The translations under genes and the position numbers were made by a program. 64,000 nt of DNA from Entomortierella parvispora E1425 (Eukaryota > Fungi > Mortierellomycota): assembly GCA_020891255.1 (NCBI GenBank), contig BQFW01000002.1, positions 1,364,001 through 1,428,000 of the forward strand, given 5' to 3'. Below the pieces are notes generated by a model. That model was not told the origin of the DNA and did not search any database. It saw only the letters and a program-made list of their open reading frames with translations. This document shows, piece after piece, positions 22,995 to 35,398 of the stretch; position 1 is the first letter of the stretch; each line of letters starts with the position of its first letter.

Positions 22995-24002
22995 TCGTAC
23001 ATGATGGTAACCTCAGCTCCCCAACCACTCAAGCAATCACGATCGACAGCGTTCATCAATGATTGAGAAATGGTCTCGAACAACTCCTCGGGTTCCTATT
23101 GAATATCAAACGATATCCAGAGTGTTAGATCAGACCATGGACTGTCCTGAAAATTAGAGCCATACAAATATCCGTAGTAAAAGCCAACGCACCAGATCAG
23201 GCTCCCAGAGAGACTCGCACATTCCGTAAAGCTGGTTTGAAGTCGTTCCTGAGACGACAAAGTCCTTTGCAAAGTTGATGCATCCGATCAGGTCTGTTGA
23301 GCAGATGAAGGGGCGATTCTCCTTGTCCAATCCTGCAATCACTGGCTCCACGAACCAAGGGCCGAATCTAAGAGGTCATTCAAAGCACTGAATTAGTTCT
23401 CCTGTCGAAAAATACCGATGCCTGTCTTTTCTTTCTTCAATTCCATGAATTCCTTGACATCCACGATGGTAGAATCATTACCGGCGCTCATAGAGGGTAG
23501 AGGACACCAAGTGAGCAAGGGTTCTAGGCTCAATCTCACGCTCCTCCTTCAGTCTGTACATGTTGACCTTGAATCGGAACTTTTCTGCCCTAAATATCAA
23601 TAAAGACGCAATATCCTCCCGTATGTGAGTAAACTGTTTCCAATGACCCTATTCTTCAACGAGACCGGTCCTGAAAGTGTGGCTGCTTACAAAGTCTGGA
23701 CATCAGTGGCGAGGCCGGGAAGTCCGATATATGTCTTTGGTGTAGCCTGGAAGGTCTTTTTGAATTCTGTGGAGATGGTCATGGCCTGCACACCGAGACG
23801 CTTATCACATGCGATGGCGACACAGTTCTTGCCGACCATTGCCACCACCGCTCCTCCGTTGTATTCCATGATAGACTATTTCAAGAATGAGAAAAAAGAA
23901 AAGAAAAGAATGAAAACGAAACTGGGTCAGCCTGTGGATGCAGTGCATGCACGCGAATCACATGGGATGGGAGCCAGGCAGGCAGTGTTGAAGGGGTACC
24001 AT
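22737..24002 (-). CDS. PUP3: 20S proteasome subunit beta-3, multi-exon
   Basis: M|[75 protein letters not shown]|D*. Confidence 0.95.
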
Positions 24003-24449
24003 GATGGGTAAAAGTCGTCGGCTACGAGGGTCGAGGGTAAGTAGGTGTAGGGGAGGGAGATATGAAGAAGAGAAAGAGAGAGAGAGAGAGAGGGTGCAAG
24101 GGTGTTGAAAGAGAGGATGCAGAGAGGATGCAGAGAGACAGACCAGGAGACAGCGGTCGTTTCGTTCGTGTTTCCTCTCGAGAGGGGACGAGTGGGCGGT
24201 CCCTCGCCGCGTAAGAGGGATCGCGCGCGTCCCTGCTAATCGCGGGCGAATATGATGCTTGGGAGATAATGCGATCGCATGTGCTGCATCGCCCCACGTG
24301 ACTGTGGCGAAGTACTGTAAAGTAGGCCGAGCAAGCGTGAGCATGGTCCACTCCACTCCACTCCCACTCTGTTGTCAGGCGGGCCAAGGCACCTCTTCCC
24401 TTCCACTTGGACCTGACCTTTTGTTCTCCGCCATTCACTCATCTCCACC

Positions 24450-27400
24450 ATGTCGCGACAGAAAGTGTCTGTCAACCTTACTCATTTACCCCCTGCGGAC
24501 CCCGCCTTCCTCGACCTCCTTCGTCGCAATGGCCTCCTGCCCGCCAGGACACCCGAGACTCCGCGCGTTCTGCCGCCCAGTCCCAAGGAACAGGACCTTG
24601 TCGCGCGCCAAAGCTTCGAGCATGCCTTTTCTTCCCTCACCCTCACCGAGGAACAGTGGGCGTATCTAGACGAGGAGGTCCCTCTCTCGCCGCCCGCGGC
24701 TTTGCCACCCCCCGTGGACACCGGAGCTCCAACACTGCAGGCAGCACTCTCTTCTCGCCTGGATGTCACAAAAGAGACGGGTCCTCGCGTATTCAAATTC
24801 TCCCCGTCGGTACTTGCTCATCATGCCAATACCGCGTGTGAAAAGATGCTTCATCTTAAGGGGAAACAGCTCTACCTTGAGTCACTGGCGCCAAAGTCGG
24901 ACGATGGTGCTTCTGCTGATCCTGCCGTGATAGAGCCAGAGTCAATTTCCGAGGCGACGATGGCGCGTGGTATCGTCTTTGAGGCTCAGCTGCAGGCCAG
25001 TATCCCCAACCAAGTCGATTGCAAGAAAGAAGGCGACACGGACTCTCTCTTCAGATTATCAACAGAACCAGAGGGCACGACCCTTTGCCAGGCCATCTTT
25101 TCTCTTGGTCCTGAATTTTATACCCCGGCCATGAAAGAGGCTGGCATCATCTTTGGACATTTCCTCCCTGATTTTATTCAGATATTGCCTGGCTCGCCTC
25201 TGCCAGATGGAACCCGAAAGAAGAGGATTTTCATTATCGATGCAAAGTCCTCCTCCCATGTCAAGATTAGCCATCAGGTATGGAATACGTCGTGAACGTC
25301 TCACACAAGTCCCTTTGCATTGAATCTGACAAAAGCTACTTGCCTATAGTTTCAAGTCACTTTATACGCAATCTTTCTGGAGCATCTACTTCGAGTCAAT
25401 CATCAAGACCATCTCGTTGAAATTGATCCTCAGGGCGGTGTTTGGCTACCAGGCCATGAAGAACCAAAGACATTCTCGCTTGTATTCATGCAACCTCTTG
25501 TCGAGAACTTTTTGTTCCACGAACTTCCCGAGATCTTGTCAAAACCACTCAAGGAAGCGATATGGCATATCGACTACCCGTGCCTCCAGTGTGAATTTCT
25601 ACCACAGTGCAAGGAAGATGCACGGGAGCAGATGACGCTTTCCCTCATCCCACTCTTGTCAAAAAAGTCGGCCATGTGGATTAAAGCCCTGTTCAAATCA
25701 CCTTCGACAAACTCATCAGAGATCTGTGACCTGGAGGATTTGGTCCGCGACCATGACCACTTGACAGATGTCAGGAAATCAGCTTTTCGGAAGGTTATGA
25801 AGGTGGACAATCACGGGAAGAGTCTTATGGTCGCTGCATATCGCGAACAGAATGTGAAGGTACTTGTTTCCTGCAAAAACCAACTGAACAGTGAGAGCAA
25901 AATGATGAACCTAATTGCTGGTATCGCTCTTCTCTTCGTAGGTCATTGCCTCCCAAACCATGGATCTTCCCAGACTCTTTCAAGATCGACTTCTTATCAA
26001 CCTTGCAATCGATCCCATGACCCTTTTGCCCTACGCATATTCCCTGGATTTGTTCAAAGATAACCAACTGGATGCCAACAAGTCAGCATCGGACGTGATT
26101 GATTACTCTCCACACGACTCGGATGATCGGATGTCGGATCACAACCGACTGACCACAGAATTTATAGACACTCTGCATGAATGGCTCGTTCTGGTGTCCG
26201 ATCTGCCTCGACCGCCTATTCTCTCAGTGTTTACATATGCTCAGTCTACTTTGGACGACCTCTATCATCTCCTGCTCAAGGTGATCGCTGCCGTCTCTGA
26301 TGTCTGGACGCCTGTGACAAAAGATCGAGCACTTTCCATCCTTGTCAATTTGTATCATGATCCTAGCTTCTTGACATTGACAGGGAGCGCAGGCGCAAAT
26401 GTGCAACTACCTGACTTCTTGGGCCTGACCCAAGGCTACAAAAACGTGAACCCGGTTTTCGACAAGCGGCTATTCTGCATTGAAAATGCGATCCAGTCCA
26501 TGCTCGTCATCCCGGTTATAGGAAAGCCCACCTTCAAAGATGTGATGGCTTACTTGGTTGATGTGGAATCTCCACTCATCATCGATGATAGGAATCGCGA
26601 CGACGAAGGTTTTCAGCTCACGGAAATCTACAAAGCATGGAGATTCGGCAGTCAAACAAGAGAAAGCTGTGAGTAGAAACCCACTCTTTGTCTGTTCTTG
26701 GGTTTTGATACTAGCCTAACACTGTTCCTTTCTTTTGCTAGTCAAAAGAGGATTCAAGAACTGGGCACAGCAACAGAGCTTGATTCTTGTCTCTCTCTAC
26801 GCCATCCTTAGGCGTGAAAACGGAGACCTGGGCTCGTTTCTTGTGGCTCCTCAGGCACCGTTCAAACTTCGTCTTCCCTTAAAGATCCATCGAACAGTCC
26901 TGGCACAATTTGCGTTCTTCCTTCAGTGGGAGGCCATCATGCGTGCAGAGAAACTCCGGACGATGCGGGTTTTCTCTACGAATGAAGAATCGTTCCAGAG
27001 ACAGTCCGCGTTTGAGATGCGTTTCATTGAACGGCATGTGGGTCCTTTACCTGGATCGTCCCCCAACTCACGAGTCTCGACCACACCCTTGACTTCGCGT
27101 ACCTCGGCTTACTATGCAAAGTTCGAGATCACAAGTCGACTCAATGCGGGAGTTTTTGATAATCAGGACTTTCCGAGCTGGATCATTAGTGCCAGTACAG
27201 CTGAGGTAAGTCTCTTTACTCTCTTTTTCACCTTGAATAGATAAATCTATCCTCTTTGTCGATCGTCACTAACAGAGAGCGCATTGATTATTTTGTTTTA
27301 GGGTGAAAAATCAAGGATGCGCTTTGATGATATAAATGCGATGCTGCGACCCTACGGTCGAGGAACACCATCTATCGTGTCCGTCCCATATTTTGACGTG

Positions 27401-29491
27401 GAAAACAAGATTGCGTATGTGAAGGGCACCTATGAAAACATGACAGAGGTCCTTCGACTGCAACCGGGCGACATGTATATTCTGGAAAAGCGCGAGTACA
27501 ACCCCACGCTTGTCAATTCCATGAACAAGCTGGTAGAGATGAACGATAACTGTCGGCTGTTCCTGGTAATGTTTTCACTTTTATCCGCCTCTTGTCGTGA
27601 CATTGCAGTATTTCCGAAAACTAATATTGCCCACTGCACCTTTGCTCTTGCTATGTTTTCCCCCTTCAAGAAACTAATGGCTGACCCTAATAAATGGGGC
27701 TTGAAGAATCCGACTGGCTTTGAAGATGTCTTCATTGAATCCATGTCCAGTCCTGCACGGACATATGATTTCACTCTTTCTCAGGACCAGGCATTCTCGC
27801 AAGTCATCAGGAACCGCCTTCAAATCATCTGGGGTCCTCCGGTATGAGCTCCAGCTGTGGCAATTTAATGCTCTTTTTTTTTTTTTTTTTTTTTTGGAAA
27901 CTCAATCAAAATTCCTCTTTATCGAATCAGGGATCTGGCAAAACGCACTTCCTCGCGTTGACAGTTCTACGGATGGTCGACATTCTGAATAGCTTGGCCA
28001 AGAAGGGCAAAGGTCAAGGTGTTCAAACCATCGTCCTGACCGCATTTACACATGCTGCGATCAACAACCTGGCTGCCCGCGTTGCCAAGCTGCATCAAGA
28101 GATTGCACCGAGACCCGGATCCGAGGATGTAGTCGGCCCATTGAAGATTTACCGTTTGGGATCAGCTACGACACCAAAGATGGATGAGCTACCGTTGATC
28201 GATCCAAAGGACTTGGGCAGATTAAGTATCTCCTCTTCCGACAACGTGGTGAGGATTATCTGCGGCACGGTGTGGCAGATCCGTAAGGTTTCACACCCCA
28301 CTACTGGCGTCAGTTACATGCAGAACGTTCAGATGCTTATGATTGACGAGGGCAGTCAGCTGCTATCTGCGGATGCAGTGCATGCGATCGAGTGCCTCGA
28401 CCCACATCGAGGACGATTGATTGTTGCTGGAGACCATCTTCAGCTTGGCCCTGTCATTTCTGGAGACTATCCAAAGCCTGAGCAGGGAGTTGATCCCACT
28501 GGCTCGATCATGAGGAACTTGATGCGAAAGAAGGATAACACCCCGATTTCGCTTCACTGGGTGGAAGGAGCCCCCATGGACGAAACACCTTGTACATGGC
28601 AGCTGAAGGATAACTTCCGAATGGTAAAGAGGACGAAAGGACGGAACGCCGCTCTCTTTATCTGGATAAACGCGGTGCCCTTGTTTGCTAATTGCTAATT
28701 CTTTATTATTTTTCTTTCTCTTTCTTTCATACCAGAACATGCAACTCGGCACATTCATGCAGAACATCTACGGCGCTGGGTATAAGATCATCAATCCGGG
28801 CAAGAGCTTGCCGTATAGTGGAACGTTTCTGGGCGCTTCATTGACGAAAGAAATCCGATACATCTTGGATCCTGAACGATCTGCAATCGCGGTCGAGCTT
28901 CAAATCGAGAGGGGAGCTTCCGGGCCCAACCTGACAAAGCTCAAGACGGATAGCCGAGCAGCGGCTTTCTTGGAGGCGGTGTTCGTTTCAGATATTGTCG
29001 AGGGCTACTTGAAGATGGTTGGGACACTGACAACCTCGAGCGTGTTTGTCGCGGTCCCTCATCATATCCAGAGACAAGCCATCCTGAACCAAATGAATGT
29101 AGCGGCTCTGATGGAGGAGTATCCGCTCATCAATCTTAAGGTGGACACGATTGAAAAGATGCAAGGGCAGGAGGCAGATCTGGTGGTGGTCTGCTTTGCG
29201 TTTTTCGACGAGTCTATGCTGGTGGGAGAGCTCGAGTATATGTACTCTGTCCATCGCTGGGTTGTGGCGTTGTCGCGGGCTCGGTGCAAGACTGTGCTCA
29301 TGATGACACCCGAGTTACGGGCGCCAAAACTCTTGGGTGGAACTAGTAAGGCCAAGGCGAGCAGCTTGGAGAGTCTGGACGGATGGGGACTCTTGCAGGC
29401 GTTTGAAAAGTACGCAGTGGGCCTCGGTGGCAAGCTGGAGTTGCCCATCAACGAGGATGTGCTTTGTGAGGCCGGGATGGATGCCTTCTAG
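24450..29491 (+). CDS. PD-(D/E)xK (Cas4/RecB-type, Fe-S) nuclease fused to a Upf1/Dna2-type SF1B helicase; about 7 exons
   Basis: PDFI...IIDAKSS...Q|FQVTLY; CLQCEFLPQC; spliced Walker A IWGPP|GSGKT; IDEGSQL, GDHLQLGP, DTIEKMQGQEAD, VALSRAR. Confidence 0.85.
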
Positions 29492-30483
29492 GACATCTGT
29501 CGATCAGCGCGTTACGTTGCTTTTGATGGGAGACTCAAAGTGGCATACAAAATAGAGTCGACTCAACTATAGAGTGCAGCACTCCACCCGAAAAAAAAAA
29601 AAAAAAAAAATGAAATTTTTGGATTTTTGGCCAAGGCTCAGAAATGGCTGTGCTGTTTCTGTGTCACCAAGGCTGAGCCTCATTTCGTACATGTTTGCCG
29701 AGTCGTTGATAAGAGGTTCGGTTTTATCAGAGCAGACGAGACATGCTCAATGGCCTCACTCTGAAGATAAGGCGGGGCTTGAAGGGAAGACCGTCGACTT
29801 GATCGACTGCCTCGCAGCCAATCACAAGGATGTCATTCCAGGCACACGATGGCTATTGAGGAGAGATGACCAAAGGAAGGTCAAGCAGATATGGAGTCCC
29901 ACCACCGAGATGCCGGCGGGGAGGGAGGCACTAGAGTACGAGCATGTCGACGCACTCTCAAAGGTCGGCCTTTTCCCTTCATCGTGCCCCCCTTCTTTGC
30001 AAGTCGAACATAGACCAAAGGACGTTCTGCCTAATGATGGGCCGAGTCGGCCCTTCGATCGGTCGGTCGTTTTGTTTGCAATGCGATGAGGTTGCGCAGG
30101 TTTCTCTGGCTGTGAATAAAAGGCCAAAGACGGTGTTATCTTTGCACCCCTCATCTCATGGCTCATCCTCCTGCCCCTCCGCCGCCAAAATACATACCCC
30201 GACATGACCCAACGGGCTTCTAGCAGGATCTATCTATGGCAATCTCTATCGATAGTAGATACCACGTTGCGCAACTTTTTTTTTTTTCCGTTGCAGATCT
30301 GTTACCCAGGTTGCCGATGACGAACGACTTCCAACAACAACAACAGAAAACAATCATAACAAAACCCCTCCTCTCACCTTTCTTTCTTTCCTTCTTTTCT
30401 CCTCTCCCCACAACAACAAAAACCAAAATCTTCCTTTACCACCACCCCTCCATCCACACAAACCACTCCTCCATACCAAAACC

Positions 30484-30753
30484 ATGATGTCCATGATCCG
30501 CAACACTTTCGCCAAGGTCGCCCCTGCCGCCACCCGCTCCATCTCCAACTCTTCAAAGACCAACAACGCTTCCGTCACCCTTGGCCACGTCGCCAACATG
30601 GCCTCCGAGTCTGCTTCCCCTGCCTCCTCTTCCTCTGCCAAGACCTTCAAGGCCGTCGCTTACACCGTTCTCGGAAGCACTGCCCTCGTCGCCGGTGTCT
30701 CTCACCTCTTGAAGGATGAGGTCGTCTACTGGACCCCTAACGTCCGCAAGTAA
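30484..30753 (+). CDS. 89-aa probable mitochondrial single-pass microprotein
   Basis: Basic/hydroxylated presequence-like N-terminus with no acidic residue until E42, C-terminal TM AVAYTVLGSTALVAGVSHLL, ribosomal-protein-like codon bias, CAA-rich leader. Confidence 0.75.
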   Translation: MMSMIRNTFAKVAPAATRSISNSSKTNNASVTLGHVANMASESASPASSSSAKTFKAVAYTVLGSTALVAGVSHLLKDEVVYWTPNVRK

Positions 30754-31163
30754 AACAGGAACTCGAACAGCTCCCTACTTTTGCATCCAGACACACATAC
30801 ATACATACAACACATACATACACAAACACACCTACATAGTCTACACGTACCATGTAAATATACCCTATCCAAAACATCATAGACAACCCTTTTTCTTGAA
30901 AAAGAACATTATAAAAAGCAGTGCCGATAGTATCGCGTGCAATACACAACCCACAAAAAAACTCGAACTCATGTGTCAATATATGAGTGAACTCTCTATG
31001 AGAGGGGGGAATGGTTGGAATACTCAACTCTTCATTATTATTAAGATCTTTGTTTGGCTCATTTTGTAGTGATTAGTGAATGGGTGATAAGGGAGAGCCT
31101 GGTCTGGTATTTTTTCGTAACAGGGACAGTTGTCAAGGATACAGAAAGGACGGGGGTTTTATT

Positions 31164-33431
31164 TTACTCTTGCTTTTCTTCCTTGAAGCTCTTGAGTCCA
31201 GGTCGAGCAGAGCGCAGCATGCTATCGACGTGGTTGGAGCACAGGAGGGCCACGATCATGACAAAGAGTTGGAGAGGGACGATCGAGAAGGAGGCGGTCC
31301 AGCTGGTGGTCAGCAGATCTCTCTCGTATTCTCTATACTTGTACTGACACCCTGGCAGGTTGATCATGGGAAAGCAGCGCAGATCGTACTCGCCGTTCGA
31401 AATGGGGCTGAGGAATCCACAGCATTTCAACTTTTGTCGAGAAAATAAACAAAACATGCACCGCCGGGGGGGCTGCGTTAGATACCAATGGTTGGAAAGA
31501 TAGGGCGCAAGAAAGAGAGACAGAGATAGAGAGGGGGGGCCGCAACCATATGGTCTTTTTTCTTACCTGACGCTGAATAAGAAGACGCTGATCCCGTGTG
31601 TAATCATGGATCCACTCTTCACGAAGATGCTGGCTGAGATGGTTCTTTTCCCGGCGGAAAGCGATATATCCCACAGAGACATACAACGCAAAGACGGCCC
31701 ACAGCAGGGTCGCATAGATAGTCAATAGACCCCGGTTCTCGCGAAAGATACCCACGTAACCGATGGCTGCACTGACAATGGCGACGATCGATCCTACCAA
31801 CGCCACTAAAAAAAAAAAAAAAAAAAAAAAAAAGGGATAAAAATAAAAAAGAAGGGGACAACATGAGGCAAAGTCAGTGCCACCTTCCTTGCAACCTTCC
31901 CAAGAATGTACGTATCCAATCGTTTTCCATGGTACCACCAACGTGGAAACCACAAGTGAAAATCCTTACAGATGATTAGATTGCTGTGGAACTCCATCAT
32001 GATCGCTGCGTGCTCGATCCCTGTAACAAAGATAGAAGTTGTTTTAGTGTCCAGTTGTACTTTCAGGAGACCTTCACCCTTTGCTTCCCCTTTGCTTCAC
32101 CAAGCAGGAACATCAATACACAAACAAACAAACAAACAAAATCCCTCTCCCCCCCCCTGTCGATCCATTGTTGGGTCCTTACGTTGCGTCAAATAACCGA
32201 GGGCGACCACCAGCACGGCAACAGAGTACGCCAAGAGGAGGGTGTTTGAGAGCAAGAGCATCCATTTGGATTTGGTCCATCGTCTGTAGAACGGATCCTC
32301 GCTATAATGTTTCTTCATCACGGCCTGGTACGCCTGCCACCGTTGCGCCAACGCCTCCAGTGTCAAGTCCGTCTGCGTCACGTTGTAATTAGTGTCGGTT
32401 CCGGCGCTAAAGTTCCTGGAGGACCGATGGGTGGAACTCAGACTGTTCGTCAGAGTCCCTCCGTCCGCTGACCCTGCAGAAGAAGGGCGCATCGCAAATG
32501 GGGAGGCTGGTCTGACCAATCCCTCAATTGAGAAGCTATTGTGATTGCTGTTGTTGAAAGAGGAAGGCGGTGGTGGTGGCGTGTAGTCATGGAGATTGTT
32601 GACTGGGGGCATTGGGAAGGGCGGTTGTAATGATGAAGAAGTCATGGGCGGGTAGGCTGCTTGCTGATATGGCTGTGATGATGCTTGAGATTGTGGTGGT
32701 GGTGGATGAAGTAGTGCAGAGGAGGGTCGGGTCGATGGTATTGATGGCGGCAAAGAGCTGTGCATGCTGGATGATGTCCGACTTTGGCTCTTCAGGATGG
32801 ATTTGGGGATAACAGGAGAAGAAAGAGTGGAAGAAGATCCGCCGCTGGAAGAGTTGTTGGTTCGTCTGCCAGAGGCTGAAGTGGGCGACCCCTGCTGTTG
32901 TGGCGGGGTACTGGGCGACAAGGTCGAGTTGCTTTGGAGGGTTTCCTTGCTCAGTGTCTCCTTGCTCCCGCGCTTGAACAGGTTGTTTAGGATGCGTTCC
33001 CGAGGCGATTGGGACAGGGTCGAGGACGATGCATTGGGCAGGTTTGACTGCTCGAGCGTTGGGCTCGAGATGACGCGATCCGGAAGGGACAGGTCCTGGT
33101 CTGTTGAGAATGACTGGTTGATGAACTCCAGGTAAGGAGACCCCGCTGTTGCCAAATCTCCTGTGGAGCTACGTTGTGAAATAAGTAAAACATATGCAGG
33201 ATGTTGTCAGTGGGGTGGTTTTGTTTTGATGCAATTTGATTCTCTGGTGCCCTGTTCGTCCCAGAGGGGTACTTTTAGCAGAGATCATTAAAGGGTTGGC
33301 CACGGTTCATTTATCGGGAACCTTCTTCTTTGACCCATTTTCCACTGCAGATCTCTCGGGCCTTACCTCTCCTGCCCATTAGCTGAGCTCTCACTTCTGT
33401 TGCCTCCGGTCTGGGTAGAGTTGTATGACAT
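31164..33431 (-). CDS. Tsp2-type fungal tetraspanin with long N-terminal cytoplasmic tail, multi-exon
   Basis: WTKSKWMLLLSNTLL TM1; four TM segments; EC2 with LKCCGF and RCFP...PGC; first exon MSYNSTQTGG at 33431. Confidence 0.85.
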
Positions 33432-35362
33432 TTCCGGGTACCGTCTGTTCCTGAGCAGTAGCTGTTGTATCCCAGTTAAAATAGCTATTCAAGGGTCCTT
33501 GCACCAATTTCAATATAAAAAAGTATCCTGTCGGTCGGGGAATCGAGGAGAGGGGGGGAGAGTGAGCAGCCGTTGAAGAAAAAAGGGAGGATAGTAGGAG
33601 ACAGACAGGATCAAGAATCGATGTCTGATTAATGCAGGAGTTATATCGGGCAGAATGCGAGTGAAGCAAGGGACGGTTGAGGTGTTTTGCTGAAAAAAAC
33701 AAAAGAAGGGAAAGGAGAGGAAAGAAAAAGAGAAACCGAGAGAGGACTTTCGATTCCCTTCTTCCTTCTTGGCTAATTACTGTAGCGAGCCACTGTCAAC
33801 AAAGTTACACGGTAATCAAACCAGACCACCAATTGCGACTTTGGGTTGCTGGGTTTGGCAGAACGTGCTTCAGTTTTTTCCCCTCGGCTCTTTTTAGTCC
33901 TTTGGAGATCTGGCCCGTTCTACAGAATTGTTTGCTGGAACCTGTTGCTCACGGTCCCGCAAAGGACACCAATCTTTTTGCACCCTGGAAGTCCCTCGTC
34001 TTTCGCGATGCCAATGGATCAGGGATCTTCTTCCTTCACAAAAGTCTCACGTTCGTTTATCACGGACAGTTTAATGATGTGCTCGTGTAGTCTTTTGGGG
34101 ATACAAAAGGGTGGCCGGTTCTGTACTGCTATCCTCATGTGAACACGAGGAACCAAAAGAAGGGACCGCCATTCATGTGCTGACCTCAGGTGTCTCTCTC
34201 TTTATCGTTTTCCATTTCTGTTTTCGGACTTGTTCTTTTAGTTATTTCCTTCTCACATCGAGAAACAATAATGCAAAACCCCAGCGGTTCTCGCTCCATC
34301 GCCGTCATGGACAGCGGTGTCACCTAAAAGGGAAATCACCCTAAAAGACACAGCAACAATGACCTCGACGACTCTTCAAAAGCGAACGACTGAACGCCGA
34401 TCCCTCGTGCTGGTGAATGGAGCACAACGGCGGGACTTTCTACTTTGTTTTCGAGCTAGCTACATCATTCCCGCAGAGATGGAGAGGTTTCGCCACCTTT
34501 CTACGCACCAATATTTCGCTCAGGTACATTGGGACACCAGAGAAGAGCACGCTCATATATCTTTAACAAAGAGCAGATAGCAACAGAGGTGGGGAGTGCA
34601 GCAGCGTGCATGGACTCTTCAGATAGGATCCAATTGTGCAATCACCTCTTTTTTCCAGGGCAATAGAACGCGCTTCTTTTCTCCTTGTCCCGGAGCTCTT
34701 TTTTTTTTTTTTTTTTTTTTGTTTTTTGTTTTTGAGCCACAGGAACAGCAGGCAAACAAAGCGAACCAGTTGAGGCAAAAGATAAAAGGGAACCTAACAA
34801 CAACGACTAGGGCATGCTCTCGTCCAGAATGGGTATCCTCAGACAAGGACGACTGTCGTCATCCAATGGACACCACATTGCACATAAAAAAAAAGGCGGC
34901 TATGAACAATCCTGTTTCTTTCAGGGACACTGGGTATTTTCGGACAGGAGCAATTAGACCTTGCGCTTAGCTTCCCCTGACCCGAGAAACGCTGCGGGCG
35001 CGATTTGTCGGTAACATGTGGTTGTCTGTCAGTCAGATCATAACAATAATAATATTGTTTAAAAAAAACGAGAGTGGTCAACTGCCCTTTCATATTATCC
35101 GGATCCTGAGAAGGAGTTGGGATTGAAAAAAAAAAGGTGAAGACGAGCATCGAATCTCGTTCTTTTGATTCTGTGCATTAAACCCCGTCGTCTTGTTTTT
35201 CCTCCAGAATAGCAAACAAGGTGTTGATGGACCGTCAGCAGCGAGCGGGCAGGAGGCAGCCACAGGGGAATGTGGCTCGTTTTGGAATATGGGAGCAGAG
35301 GCCTCGGCCACCTTCTAGGTGTTGCCTTTGCGTTGAGGGTTGGGTTTACCCATGTTTCCACC

Positions 35363-35398
35363 TTCTTTTGATTCTTTTGATTCTTTTGATTCTTTTGA
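35363..35398. repeat. (TTCTTTTGA)4 minisatellite
   Basis: Four perfect 9-bp units. Confidence 0.9.
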
